DNA of 23,592 bases from positions 1 through 23,592 of the forward strand of contig JABCSI010000021.1 in assembly GCA_018238965.1 (NCBI GenBank), written 5' to 3'. This document shows positions 1 to 8,923 of this stretch, one piece after another. The translations under genes were made by a program, and so were the position numbers. Positions within the stretch are counted from its first letter, which is position 1, and each line of letters opens with the position of its first letter. Under the pieces are notes generated by a model. That model made no database searches. It was not told where the DNA came from and worked only from the letters and a program-made list of their open reading frames with translations. The DNA comes from Promethearchaeota archaeon. GTDB lineage: Archaea > Asgardarchaeota > Lokiarchaeia > Sigyniarchaeales > Promethearchaeaceae.

Positions 1-110
1 CAAAACTATTAAATTTATGCTATAGAATATAGCAGATTTAAAACCAGTTGGAACTGTAAAAAATGTCACCAACATCTATAAATGAATTTAAAGCGAAATA
101 ATAATAACCA

Positions 111-1379
111 ATGTCAAAAATTGAACCCGTAGATATTTCATTTTTCTCTCCATTCAATGAAGAAGCGTGTACTTTATGTGGTGAATGTTTTCATAGATGC
201 CCAATTATGGAATTACCTTTAAAGGAATCCATTGAAGAGATGAAACGGCTCATTGCTGGAAAGCCAACCAAAAAAGTTTTGAAACTATGCCAAAGTTGTT
301 TTTCGTGTAATCTATACTGCCCTGAAAATGCCAATCCTGCAGGTCTTATTCAACAGCGTTGGAATGAACAATATAAAAAAGAGGGTCTCAGAAAAAGGGG
401 CAGATTTTACATGACATTTCATCCCCAATATCCAAATTTTCGTTCTTATGTTATGGAACGTCTCCCTCCTAAAACAAAAGATCTAGTCGCCCAATGGGCA
501 GATCTCTCGCCTCTAAAGGGTGATACCTTGACATACCCTGGTTGCAATATCATAACATATGCTGAGCTCACCCAAACAAGTATATTTAAAGACTTGGAGA
601 TAAGAGGGCGCTTGGAATACTGTTGCGGGGAAACATTGTTCCGGACAGGGTACAAAGATGAGTTATTCCAAGTAACCAAACGATTGAATAACTGGTTCAA
701 CACACTAAAGCCCAAACATCTACTGGTACTCTGTACAGCGGGGACGAATGTGTTTAAAAACGTATTACCTCATTATGGGCTAACGTATAAATTTGAATCT
801 ATCAAATCCTATATCCAATTTATCTGGGAACAAATAGAGGATGGGTCTATCGTAATAAAACATCAATTAGATATGACAGTCACCATCCAAGATTCTTGCT
901 ATTCAAAAATGTTTGGCGATGAATATATGGATTTACCCAGGAAAATACTGAGTGCTATTGGGGTTAAGGTCGTAGAAATTAAAGCCAGTCGTGAGGATAT
1001 GCGGTGTTGCGGGATTGGATGCGGATTTTCAATGGAAGCCGCTTATCATCCATTTCAGATACGGGCAGCAACGGTTAGAAACTTTAAGGAATTTCGAGAA
1101 ACGAAGGCAGATGCGATTTGTGTCTATTGTGCAGGTTGTTTGGCAACATTTACCATCGCCGAGAAGTTGTATATGCGAAATGTAAAGGTGTTTCATATCT
1201 TGGAACTTATACAGATGGCAATTGGAGAAAAACCCATGTCCAAAAAGGCTAAAAAGAAACGGGCCAACACCTTTTTCTGGGGAATCGTCAAAAAACAGTT
1301 TCCGATTACACTTTCTAAAAAGAAATTCAAGATTGCCGACCTTCCTGAAAATCCCCCTCCCTACGGAGATGCATATTGA
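111..1379 (+). CDS. HdrD/GlpC/LutA-like iron-sulfur protein (two ferredoxin-type [4Fe-4S] motifs plus two CCG cysteine-rich modules)
   Basis: 422-aa ORF. N-terminus has two CxxCxxCxxxCP motifs (CTLCGECFHRCP, CQSCFSCNLYCP). Two CCG-type modules follow (YPGC...EYCCGE...LCTAG and DSCYSK...RCCGIGCG...CVYCAGC). A TATA-like 'ctataaat' lies about 30 nt upstream of the ATG. Confidence 0.8.
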   Translation: MSKIEPVDISFFSPFNEEACTLCGECFHRCPIMELPLKESIEEMKRLIAGKPTKKVLKLCQSCFSCNLYCPENANPAGLIQQRWNEQYKKEGLRKRGRFYMTFHPQYPNFRSYVMERLPPKTKDLVAQWADLSPLKGDTLTYPGCNIITYAELTQTSIFKDLEIRGRLEYCCGETLFRTGYKDELFQVTKRLNNWFNTLKPKHLLVLCTAGTNVFKNVLPHYGLTYKFESIKSYIQFIWEQIEDGSIVIKHQLDMTVTIQDSCYSKMFGDEYMDLPRKILSAIGVKVVEIKASREDMRCCGIGCGFSMEAAYHPFQIRAATVRNFKEFRETKADAICVYCAGCLATFTIAEKLYMRNVKVFHILELIQMAIGEKPMSKKAKKKRANTFFWGIVKKQFPITLSKKKFKIADLPENPPPYGDAY

Positions 1380-2749
1380 TTATGGTAGGACCTAAACGAG
1401 TTCTAAGTTTTAGGGAGGATCTTTGCACAGTTTGTGGAGAATGTTTCCATCAATGTCAGGTGATGCATTTACCCCTGGATGTCGCAAAAAAGGAAATGCA
1501 AAAATTAATTGATGGAGTCCAAACCGATTATGTTCTTTCTAATTGTAATACTTGCTTGGCATGCAATTTATCATGTCCTCAACAGGCTAATCCCTATCAG
1601 TTGATTTTGGAAAGGTGGAACGATAAATATAAAAATAGTGGCGCACCTCCCATTTATACATATGTTTGTCCAACCGAAGACGATAACATGTGGCAAATTC
1701 TTAATATTTTCCTCTCAAATCAAGAACAAAGGTGGATATATCGATGGATGCATACGGTTCCTAAACCCGATGATAATGTTCTACTAATTGGGAATTTTAC
1801 GCATCTGTTCCCCTTTATAATTGGAGGGAGTGCCCTATTGGATCATTTTACCCCTCTGGATCGTTTAGATCAATGGGAAGGTGGCGCGTATTTATATCAA
1901 GGAGGATACATGGATGTTGTTCAAAAGATTGCTCGGCGAACCAAGAAAGATTTCGACGGGTGGGGAGTGAAGAATGTTGTCACCCTTTTGGATGCGGTCA
2001 GTTATTTCTGTAATGAAATTCATCCAAGAGAAATGGGTGTAACCCATGATCAAAATTTTACCAATTTTAATACCTGGCTTTTACATAAACTCGATAAGGG
2101 CGAAATTCAATTACCAAATCAACTAGATCTAACTGTAACATTGCATGATAATTGTTATTCCAAAGCATTAGGTGATGTATTATGGAATCCGCCTCGACAA
2201 ATTTTGGAAAAATGTGGTTGTAAAATCATAGAAATGAAACACATCAAGAAGGAATCATTGTGCTGCGGGTTTGGGGCGGGCGCATCATGGGTAAAAAACG
2301 TTTCCATTCCTTTTGATATGATCTACGAATCTTCCAAAAAAATCAAGGAAGCTGAAGAAACCGGGGCGAAAGCTCTCGTTTCGTATTGCGGAGGGTGTGT
2401 TTATCTGCTCTGGGCAACCAGGGAACTACTCCGAAGCAAAATAGATATTTATCATATCGTGGAAGTTGTTCGAATGTCCATGGGTGAGAAATTAGAATAT
2501 CCATCCGTTCACGTTGCCCGGGCGTGGGACATTATTACGCTTTTCACCTATTCGCTCATCCTTTCTCTTGTGAGACGCAACTTCTTTATTTCAAAAATTA
2601 CATATGATAAATCTATGAGTACCTATCAGCCGAAACGATATGGACTTGTAAGAGTTATTCGATATCTATTTAATATTCCAATCATAAGATATGCCTACTC
2701 GAAAATCTTTCAGTTCCTAATTCCCTTTATGAAAACACGTAAGTTCTAA
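1376..2749 (+). CDS. HdrD-like iron-sulfur protein paralog with a degenerate first CCG module and a hydrophobic C-terminal tail
   Basis: 457-aa ORF. The TTG at 1376 overlaps the upstream TGA (TTGA); an alternative ATG lies at 1382. Ferredoxin motifs are CTVCGECFHQC and CNTCLACNLSCP. Only the second CCG module is intact (DNCYSK...LCCGFGAG...SYCGGC). The region aligned to the first CCG of the upstream paralog reads IGNFTH...WEGGAY, with no Cys. The C-terminal ~90 aa are hydrophobic/basic. Confidence 0.75.
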   Translation: MIMVGPKRVLSFREDLCTVCGECFHQCQVMHLPLDVAKKEMQKLIDGVQTDYVLSNCNTCLACNLSCPQQANPYQLILERWNDKYKNSGAPPIYTYVCPTEDDNMWQILNIFLSNQEQRWIYRWMHTVPKPDDNVLLIGNFTHLFPFIIGGSALLDHFTPLDRLDQWEGGAYLYQGGYMDVVQKIARRTKKDFDGWGVKNVVTLLDAVSYFCNEIHPREMGVTHDQNFTNFNTWLLHKLDKGEIQLPNQLDLTVTLHDNCYSKALGDVLWNPPRQILEKCGCKIIEMKHIKKESLCCGFGAGASWVKNVSIPFDMIYESSKKIKEAEETGAKALVSYCGGCVYLLWATRELLRSKIDIYHIVEVVRMSMGEKLEYPSVHVARAWDIITLFTYSLILSLVRRNFFISKITYDKSMSTYQPKRYGLVRVIRYLFNIPIIRYAYSKIFQFLIPFMKTRKF

Positions 2750-2777
2750 ACCCAATTATGAAAAAATCAAAAGTGAT

Positions 2778-3932
2778 TTGAACATGACACTAAGTAATGA
2801 CCCAAACTCAACCTCAACATCAAAGCCTAAGATTTCCCTTTATCGTAGATATCCAAAGCTGGAAAAAATTCCCCGGGTTTCAATTATTCAATATCCAACT
2901 CCGGTAGAAAAGCTGAAAAAGATAAATGACCTCCTTGATGGGACAAATATTTGGATTAAACGTGATGATCTCACCAATTCCCATTATGGGGGTAATAAAC
3001 CGCGTAAATTCGAGTTTGCTTTCGCCCAAGCTTTAAAGAAGAAAAAAACCCGAATTCTTACTGTTGGAGGAATAGGAACCAATCACGGCTTAGCCTGTGC
3101 CATACATTCACCAAAATTTGGATTAAAGACTTCTCTCTTCTTTATTAATCAACCCTTAACCCACTTGGTGCGAGATAACCTTCTTTGTGATCATCATTTT
3201 GGTGCAAAACTCTATTTTACCAAAAATACTCTCGGTACAATATGGAAATTGTTGTCCAAGTTAATTTCAAACAGAAGTTCATATTATCTCGGTGTAGGGG
3301 CGAGTAATCCCTTCGGCACGATAGGATTTGTGAATGCTGGGTTGGAATTAGCAGATCAAATTAATGCAGGGCTGTTACCTGAACCGGATAAGATCTTCGT
3401 CGCCCTGGGATCCATGGGTATGGCAGTTGGACTTGCGATAGGAATTGGATTGGCAGGATTGAAGACTAAAATTGTAGGGGTTGCCGTCTCTGCAGAAACT
3501 TACAATAGCAATAAAAAAATAATGAAATTGGCAAAGCAAACAATTCGGATCTTGCGTAAGGCAGACCCTTCAATTTTAGATGTTTCTACAAGAATTTTTG
3601 ACCGTTTAATTGTTGATCGTTCCTTCTTCGGAGGAGAATACGGTCGTTGGACGAAGGATGGGATTGAGGCTATGAAAAAATTCAACACGGATGAATGTCA
3701 GTTAGAACCGGTGTATACAGCTAAAGCCTTTTCCGCATTACTTGCATATTGCCAAGAAAATCCTAAGGTCAAAACCGAAAATATCCTCTATTGGCATTCA
3801 AGAAGTTCTGTTGATCTCACTAAAATTCCTTTACAGGTTGATTACCATGATTTGCCTCTGAGTTTTCATAAATTTTTCGATGGGACGATTCCTTTGGATG
3901 AGAACTTGGAGATAATAAAACGAATTCCATAA
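2778..3932 (+). CDS. PLP-dependent enzyme, 1-aminocyclopropane-1-carboxylate deaminase / D-cysteine desulfhydrase family
   Basis: 384-aa ORF. The motif 'YGGNKPRKFEF' matches the GGNK(x)RKLE PLP-lysine motif of this family. It is followed by 'VGGIGTNHG' and a Gly-rich 'GSMGMAVGLAIG' loop. The track start is TTG 2778; ATG at 2784 is the more likely start. Confidence 0.8.
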   Translation: MNMTLSNDPNSTSTSKPKISLYRRYPKLEKIPRVSIIQYPTPVEKLKKINDLLDGTNIWIKRDDLTNSHYGGNKPRKFEFAFAQALKKKKTRILTVGGIGTNHGLACAIHSPKFGLKTSLFFINQPLTHLVRDNLLCDHHFGAKLYFTKNTLGTIWKLLSKLISNRSSYYLGVGASNPFGTIGFVNAGLELADQINAGLLPEPDKIFVALGSMGMAVGLAIGIGLAGLKTKIVGVAVSAETYNSNKKIMKLAKQTIRILRKADPSILDVSTRIFDRLIVDRSFFGGEYGRWTKDGIEAMKKFNTDECQLEPVYTAKAFSALLAYCQENPKVKTENILYWHSRSSVDLTKIPLQVDYHDLPLSFHKFFDGTIPLDENLEIIKRIP

Positions 3933-4019
3933 TACTCAAGATTTTTTAAAATTCCAATCTATCCTTAGAATAACTTTCGAAGGGAGATCACTTCTAGAGA
4001 TAAGTGGGATTGACGATAT

Positions 4020-5762
4020 TTGAACATAATAGATTCAATTGTAGGGCGTTTTCGGGGCGAAAAAGTTCAATTTTTTTATCAACCCCCCGTAACTTCTGAT
4101 TTTTACTACAATGAGCATGATCTCTCGATTCCCACCTCGCCCACGATCACGCACAAAATATTCCCTGATAATATGCTCTTGGTCTTCTTTTCTTGCGTAA
4201 TCATCAAAATCGTGATACTTCTCTATGGGATATATTGTTATAATAATGGAATTTCTGCAACCACGCAAAATGTATTGGTAGGTCTTGCGGATCATTGGTG
4301 GAATCTCGAAGGCTTAAGTGATTTTAGTGGGGATTATATTACTTGGCATACAAATTGGATAAATGGGGAGGTACTTTATTCCGAAGCATTTAATGGCAGG
4401 TATTTGTATCCACCATTGTTCTATTACATGATTCACATTTTTGCCCGTTGGACGATTTTTTCAGCCCCGATTGTAATGTTAATCTGTAATATACTCACTG
4501 GGTATTTTGTATTTCGTTTGGCCAAAAATTTGGGTGCTTCCGGAAGAGCGGCAAAAATAATGATGGTCATGTGCCTACTATCTCCGTTCAACCTTTACTT
4601 CAGCGATTTTATATGGCAGAATACTGGAGTAGTAACGACCTTTATCGTAATTTCAATGTTTAAGATATCCCAAGAAAAATACAAGAGGGGCATGTTCTGG
4701 TTAGGTGTGGCGATGAGTATAAAGCAAGTGGCGTTTGTAATTTATCCATTTTTTGTAGTGGGGGTTGCTTATTCACCCTCTTTGTGGAAAAAGAACATAC
4801 AGTCACCATCACCCACTCCATCTTCTCCCCAATCTTCTTCTTCATCAAAACTTAAAATTATTGAATATATCCGAAATTTACCTGTAAGTTCCTTGATCTT
4901 TTATGGATTAATACCCTTGATAATCTTCTTAATTTCATCATATCCATTTATTTTTGAAGATCCAATTGGATATTTTGATATACTCTTTAATAATCACCGA
5001 GGTGGAAACTCTACTTGGAACTGGGATATATTCAATCAAATCGTCCCAGTTGAGCATGGAGGTACATTTATTGGTTATTTCCCCGATCTTACCCTGAATC
5101 CGGATAATAATCCATACCAATTGAATTATCGAACATCCATCGCCGTTGCTTTTGCATGGATTGGATATGTATTGGGAATTCCATCACAAATTACTGCAGT
5201 TATAGCAGTTATTTTTGAAATGCAACTGTTTTTGTATCTTTCAGCGGCTATATTAGGGTTTCTTTATTGGTGTTTTCTCAATCGCACTAAATTTTTATCA
5301 GATCAGGAATACTATTGGATAATGTGGTTCGTAGGTTCTCTCGCGTTGTTTGTGGTGATTATTTTTGCGGAAATTGGGATCTACAAATATTATTTTGTTT
5401 CCTTGACACCTACCTGGGCCATGTTTGGCGCCTTTTCTCCTCTCAACCACGATCGTTGGAAAAAAGCTCAAGAATATTCCATCGAAGAACTTTCGATGAA
5501 TCCGGCACGGTTAAAATGTCAGTTTTTTGGGGGAGGGTCATATATCCATGTGGTAGTTCAGCTGATTCTGCAAATAACCATGTTATTTTTTAATAAATGG
5601 TTGGCTGCGGCATTTTTCTATCTACCCTTATATCTAATCGCGACTTACATGTTTTTTTGGCTAATGTTCCGGCGTGATTTACTTGCAAATGTCAAGTCAT
5701 CCCCCCAAAAAATCTTTAAAATACGTTTCTCTTCTTCCAATAGGGATAAGAATGATGAATAA
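4020..5762 (+). CDS. Large polytopic membrane protein, GT-C-type glycosyltransferase-like (DUF2029/PMT-like), function unproven
   Basis: 580-aa ORF with more than 10 hydrophobic segments. An early loop 'GRYLYPPLFYYMIHIF' resembles the Y-x-Y-P-P-L loop of GT-C/DUF2029-type mannosyltransferases. It has an internal Ser/Pro-rich loop (SPSPTPSSPQSSSSS). The start is uncertain: TTG 4020 in the track, first in-frame ATG at 4173. Confidence 0.5.
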   Translation: MNIIDSIVGRFRGEKVQFFYQPPVTSDFYYNEHDLSIPTSPTITHKIFPDNMLLVFFSCVIIKIVILLYGIYCYNNGISATTQNVLVGLADHWWNLEGLSDFSGDYITWHTNWINGEVLYSEAFNGRYLYPPLFYYMIHIFARWTIFSAPIVMLICNILTGYFVFRLAKNLGASGRAAKIMMVMCLLSPFNLYFSDFIWQNTGVVTTFIVISMFKISQEKYKRGMFWLGVAMSIKQVAFVIYPFFVVGVAYSPSLWKKNIQSPSPTPSSPQSSSSSKLKIIEYIRNLPVSSLIFYGLIPLIIFLISSYPFIFEDPIGYFDILFNNHRGGNSTWNWDIFNQIVPVEHGGTFIGYFPDLTLNPDNNPYQLNYRTSIAVAFAWIGYVLGIPSQITAVIAVIFEMQLFLYLSAAILGFLYWCFLNRTKFLSDQEYYWIMWFVGSLALFVVIIFAEIGIYKYYFVSLTPTWAMFGAFSPLNHDRWKKAQEYSIEELSMNPARLKCQFFGGGSYIHVVVQLILQITMLFFNKWLAAAFFYLPLYLIATYMFFWLMFRRDLLANVKSSPQKIFKIRFSSSNRDKNDE

Positions 5763-6543
5763 AACCACTGCCACTCTTAAAAATATCATTACTGGCAATT
5801 TTACCCGATCTCAATTGTTGCGATTTATGCTTATCAGTGGTCTTCTCTTTGTTCTGAGTGCTTTTTGTTCCTGGCTTTTATATCCCGCAGAACTAAATTA
5901 TAGTATATTAACCCATACTATCTCATATCTGGGTGACTACATTCAAAATCCCAAGGGATGGGTTTTGTTTTCGGTTTCCTTCATTATTCTCGGACTCTCC
6001 TTTATTCCATTAATATTATATACCCATCGCCGAGTTATTCTTATTGAGCGATTATGGGGTATGTTGGGTACATTCTTTCTACTAGGTGGAGGTTTAGGTG
6101 TGATTTTAATCGCTTTTTTTCCGGATGTTCACGGGGCAGATTTTTTCCTTGATATGACATTGGGCAAAGCTCATGTTTTGGTGTCATTGGTTACCATGAT
6201 TATGTTTTCATGTGGGTTTACAGTGTATGGAATCTTATTTTTGTTGAATGCATACCCGAAAATTCATAAAGGGAAGCCTGATCTGTATCCAAATGCTCAC
6301 ACTCGATACGTGATTATCGCTTTTGCCATCGTTGGTCTTGGAACTCTTATCACCCAAAGAATTGCCAATATTCGAGATTATCCATGGCCCCATCCTGGAA
6401 TCTATAGTTTTCCCTTATGGGAATGGCTGCTTTCCTTCACATTCTTCGCCTCTGTTTATTGGTTGGCATATACTCTACCAAATGATATACCAATTGTTCA
6501 AGAAGTCGTGAAAACTTCACAAGTATCTCCGGAAATCGAATGA
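5752..6543 (+). CDS. Integral membrane protein, DUF998-like, paralog A
   Basis: The ORF track gives 5674..6543. I prefer ATG 5752 (MMNKTT...), which overlaps the upstream stop by 11 nt. About 6 TM segments. The motifs 'NYSILTHTISYLG' and 'FPLWEWLLS' are shared with the gene at 7547..8293. Confidence 0.6.
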   Translation: MMNKTTATLKNIITGNFTRSQLLRFMLISGLLFVLSAFCSWLLYPAELNYSILTHTISYLGDYIQNPKGWVLFSVSFIILGLSFIPLILYTHRRVILIERLWGMLGTFFLLGGGLGVILIAFFPDVHGADFFLDMTLGKAHVLVSLVTMIMFSCGFTVYGILFLLNAYPKIHKGKPDLYPNAHTRYVIIAFAIVGLGTLITQRIANIRDYPWPHPGIYSFPLWEWLLSFTFFASVYWLAYTLPNDIPIVQEVVKTSQVSPEIE

Positions 6544-6604
6544 ATTAGGAAATAACTCACAAAATACAGCTCTTTTTTAGAAACAAATTAATTTTATTAT
6601 TACC

Positions 6605-7498
6605 ATGGAAATTCGAATTTTTGAAGATATTACGGAATTTTATGATTTAGTTTCGCCATTTCTGATGCAAAATGAAGCGAAAAATAATCTAATGCTCGCA
6701 TTACTTAATGGATTGCGTGGTAATCCTCTAAAATATGGTAACCTTCCTATTTTAATTGCTTTTCTCGATAATGATAGTGATAGAGATAATGAAAAAGAGA
6801 GTGATACTAAGAATGTTGTATTTGCGGGAATGCGCACGCCTCCCCATAATCAAATCCTTGCCTTTACCGAGAATCTTGCATATGTGGAGATGCTCGCTTC
6901 ATTTATTTATGAACAGAATCAAGATATTCCGGGAGTGTTGGGTTTCAAAGAAGGTGCCAAAAAATTCGCTCAAAAATGGGAAGAATTGACAAAAAGCCCT
7001 TTCCATCTTGATATGCATGAGAGAATCTATGAACTCTTGGAAGTAAATCCAGAAACTCTCGGAAACCACGAATTTCGGCAAGTAACAATGTCTGAACTTG
7101 ATTTAATTGTGAAATGGAGTCGAGCGATGCAATTGGAAGCTGTGGGGAGAAAATTGGATGAAGACGATGAAACTATGAAAGCAGAACTTCTAAAAAATGA
7201 TGTTTGGAAGACATTTTACGTTCTTACTGAGGACAATGGCGATGGATTGTTAACTATGGCAAAAAAATCGGGGACGACGCCCACCGGACAAATCGTTAAT
7301 TATGTTTATACTCCGCCCGAATTAAGACGGAATGGGTACGCCACTGAATGTGTGGCAAAATTAAGTCAGTTGATATTAGACGAGGGAAAACTACGATGTT
7401 TACTGTTCACTGATTTGGACAATCCTACCTCTAATAAAATTTATCAAAACATTGGATATGTGCCGGTTGTTGATATCGACGTTTATAAATTCGATTAG
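6605..7498 (+). CDS. GNAT-family N-acetyltransferase (about 300-aa form)
   Basis: 297-aa ORF. The C-terminal half has the acetyl-CoA motif 'VYTPPELRRNGYATECVAKL' (R-x-x-G-x-A type) and the terminal 'NPTSNKIYQNIGY'. An oligo-T tract and an A/T box lie upstream. Confidence 0.75.
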   Translation: MEIRIFEDITEFYDLVSPFLMQNEAKNNLMLALLNGLRGNPLKYGNLPILIAFLDNDSDRDNEKESDTKNVVFAGMRTPPHNQILAFTENLAYVEMLASFIYEQNQDIPGVLGFKEGAKKFAQKWEELTKSPFHLDMHERIYELLEVNPETLGNHEFRQVTMSELDLIVKWSRAMQLEAVGRKLDEDDETMKAELLKNDVWKTFYVLTEDNGDGLLTMAKKSGTTPTGQIVNYVYTPPELRRNGYATECVAKLSQLILDEGKLRCLLFTDLDNPTSNKIYQNIGYVPVVDIDVYKFD

Positions 7499-7546
7499 AT
7501 GAAGAAGATTATCAAAAAAATCAACTCTCAATCCAATATTTTTCTT

Positions 7547-8293
7547 TTATTTTTCCCGGATAATAAACAGCAGGCTATAGAGATGTAATATGTAGGAACC
7601 TGAGAGGAGCCATTCCCATAACGGAAGTAAGGGATTGAACCAAAATAAATCCCAAAATACGTATATCCAATACATTGAGAATGCAGTGAGGAAACCCAGC
7701 ATGATAAGATCGGTAATTAGATACAACATAACGATTTGCCAGATCTTTGGCCATCCCCGCTTGTCCTTATAACTTTTGATGAATATATACATATTGAAAG
7801 AGAACCCAACAAACGATAAAAAGAAGGCTATTAAAGCAAATACATAATGTATCCATCCGGTATCTTCCGAAAAAATGCCCACTCCAAAAATTCCGATACA
7901 AGATAGAATTAGAATCGATGTACTGACGATTGAAGTGATCCGGGCGATTGGTCGGAATTTTCGATATAGGAATAATACATAAGGAATGAGAAATATTCCA
8001 GCAAAACACATACCAATGCTCCAAATAATGTGGCCATCGGAATTCTTCAACCGGTTTCCCAAGCTACTCACACTGCGTCTGAGAAATGAATAAGTAGTTG
8101 GAAATGCAAGAATGGCATAAATATTTGTGGCTATAAGTATGATGATGATAATGCTCATTGAAATGGCATATGTTTTTTTAGGAGATCGACCAGAAAGAAA
8201 TTTAAAAATTCCACCTATACACTCTCGGAAGCGATCTGAGCGAGTTGAGTGTGTTGAGCGAGTTTGCTTCTCCATTTGTAAATCTTCATCCAC
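7547..8293 (-). CDS. Integral membrane protein, DUF998-like, paralog B
   Basis: 248-aa ORF with multiple TM segments. It shares 'TYSFLRRSVSSLG' and 'LPLWEWLLS' with paralog A. It is convergent with the GNAT gene. Confidence 0.6.
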   Translation of the reverse strand: MDEDLQMEKQTRSTHSTRSDRFRECIGGIFKFLSGRSPKKTYAISMSIIIIILIATNIYAILAFPTTYSFLRRSVSSLGNRLKNSDGHIIWSIGMCFAGIFLIPYVLFLYRKFRPIARITSIVSTSILILSCIGIFGVGIFSEDTGWIHYVFALIAFFLSFVGFSFNMYIFIKSYKDKRGWPKIWQIVMLYLITDLIMLGFLTAFSMYWIYVFWDLFWFNPLLPLWEWLLSGSYILHLYSLLFIIREK

Positions 8294-8325
8294 CGATAAT
8301 CACGCAACAATACCCGTTTTATTTG

Positions 8326-8823
8326 TTATGCGGATAATTTCTTTGGAATCGAGTTGGGATCGAGCTGACCAGAAGTACTTTCTAGACTAATTTCCTTCTG
8401 TTTATTCAGAATATTCATTAACATGTCAATGCCATCACCAATGGAATTAAATTCCTCCGCAAAATCGTCTTGTTTTATGCCTACTAGGCAATCTACTTCA
8501 ATATAGAGTTTTTGGCTATGTTGGGAGAAGGTTACTTCGGGGAGGTCGTAGTTTAATTCCAGAGAAATTCCAAATATCGCTAGAAGATTATCATCTGCAA
8601 AATCAGCTAGATTCATAACCATGCATTTCACATGAATCCACTTCGTAAGGTTATACAAAATAACGTCAAAATCAAGTTTATTACATCGATAAGTGCAAAT
8701 TATAGCAGGAAATATCTCGCCTGATGGTTCTCCTCCTATATCCTTGAATTCAAAAGGTACCCCCATCTCTTTTAAGTGCTCACTGATCAATCCTAAATTA
8801 TTCCTTTCGTCCAGATATGGCAT
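8326..8823 (-). CDS. Hypothetical cytoplasmic protein, YbjN-like (T3SS-chaperone-like fold) by pattern
   Basis: 165-aa acidic ORF. Its alternating strand/helix pattern (ISEHLKEMGVPFEF...FDVILYN..WIHVKCMV...LLAIFGISLELNYDLP...KLYIEVDCLVG...FAEEFNSIGDGIDMLMNIL) resembles YbjN-family proteins. There is no catalytic motif. Confidence 0.35.
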   Translation of the reverse strand: MPYLDERNNLGLISEHLKEMGVPFEFKDIGGEPSGEIFPAIICTYRCNKLDFDVILYNLTKWIHVKCMVMNLADFADDNLLAIFGISLELNYDLPEVTFSQHSQKLYIEVDCLVGIKQDDFAEEFNSIGDGIDMLMNILNKQKEISLESTSGQLDPNSIPKKLSA

Positions 8824-8923
8824 GTTCTAGGTGATTATATGCAACGATCTTATATAAGAAATTTGAAAGCATTTTGACACCCGAGAGAGAAAAAATTAAG
8901 GATGAGGAAGCATACTTTAATGT

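Noticed and set aside
18-34. 7-bp inverted repeat tgctata-gaa-tatagca near the left window edge
   Set aside because: It is short, AT-rich and at the window boundary with unknown upstream context. It could be an operator for the first gene but cannot be supported from this window.
111-2749. HdrD/GlpC-like genes considered as the missing GlpC subunit of the GlpA-like dehydrogenase at 18011-21190
   Set aside because: They lie about 16 kb away on the opposite strand, separated by unrelated genes. The dehydrogenase operon already has its own conserved partners (NOX-like, DUF1667). The link is unsupported.
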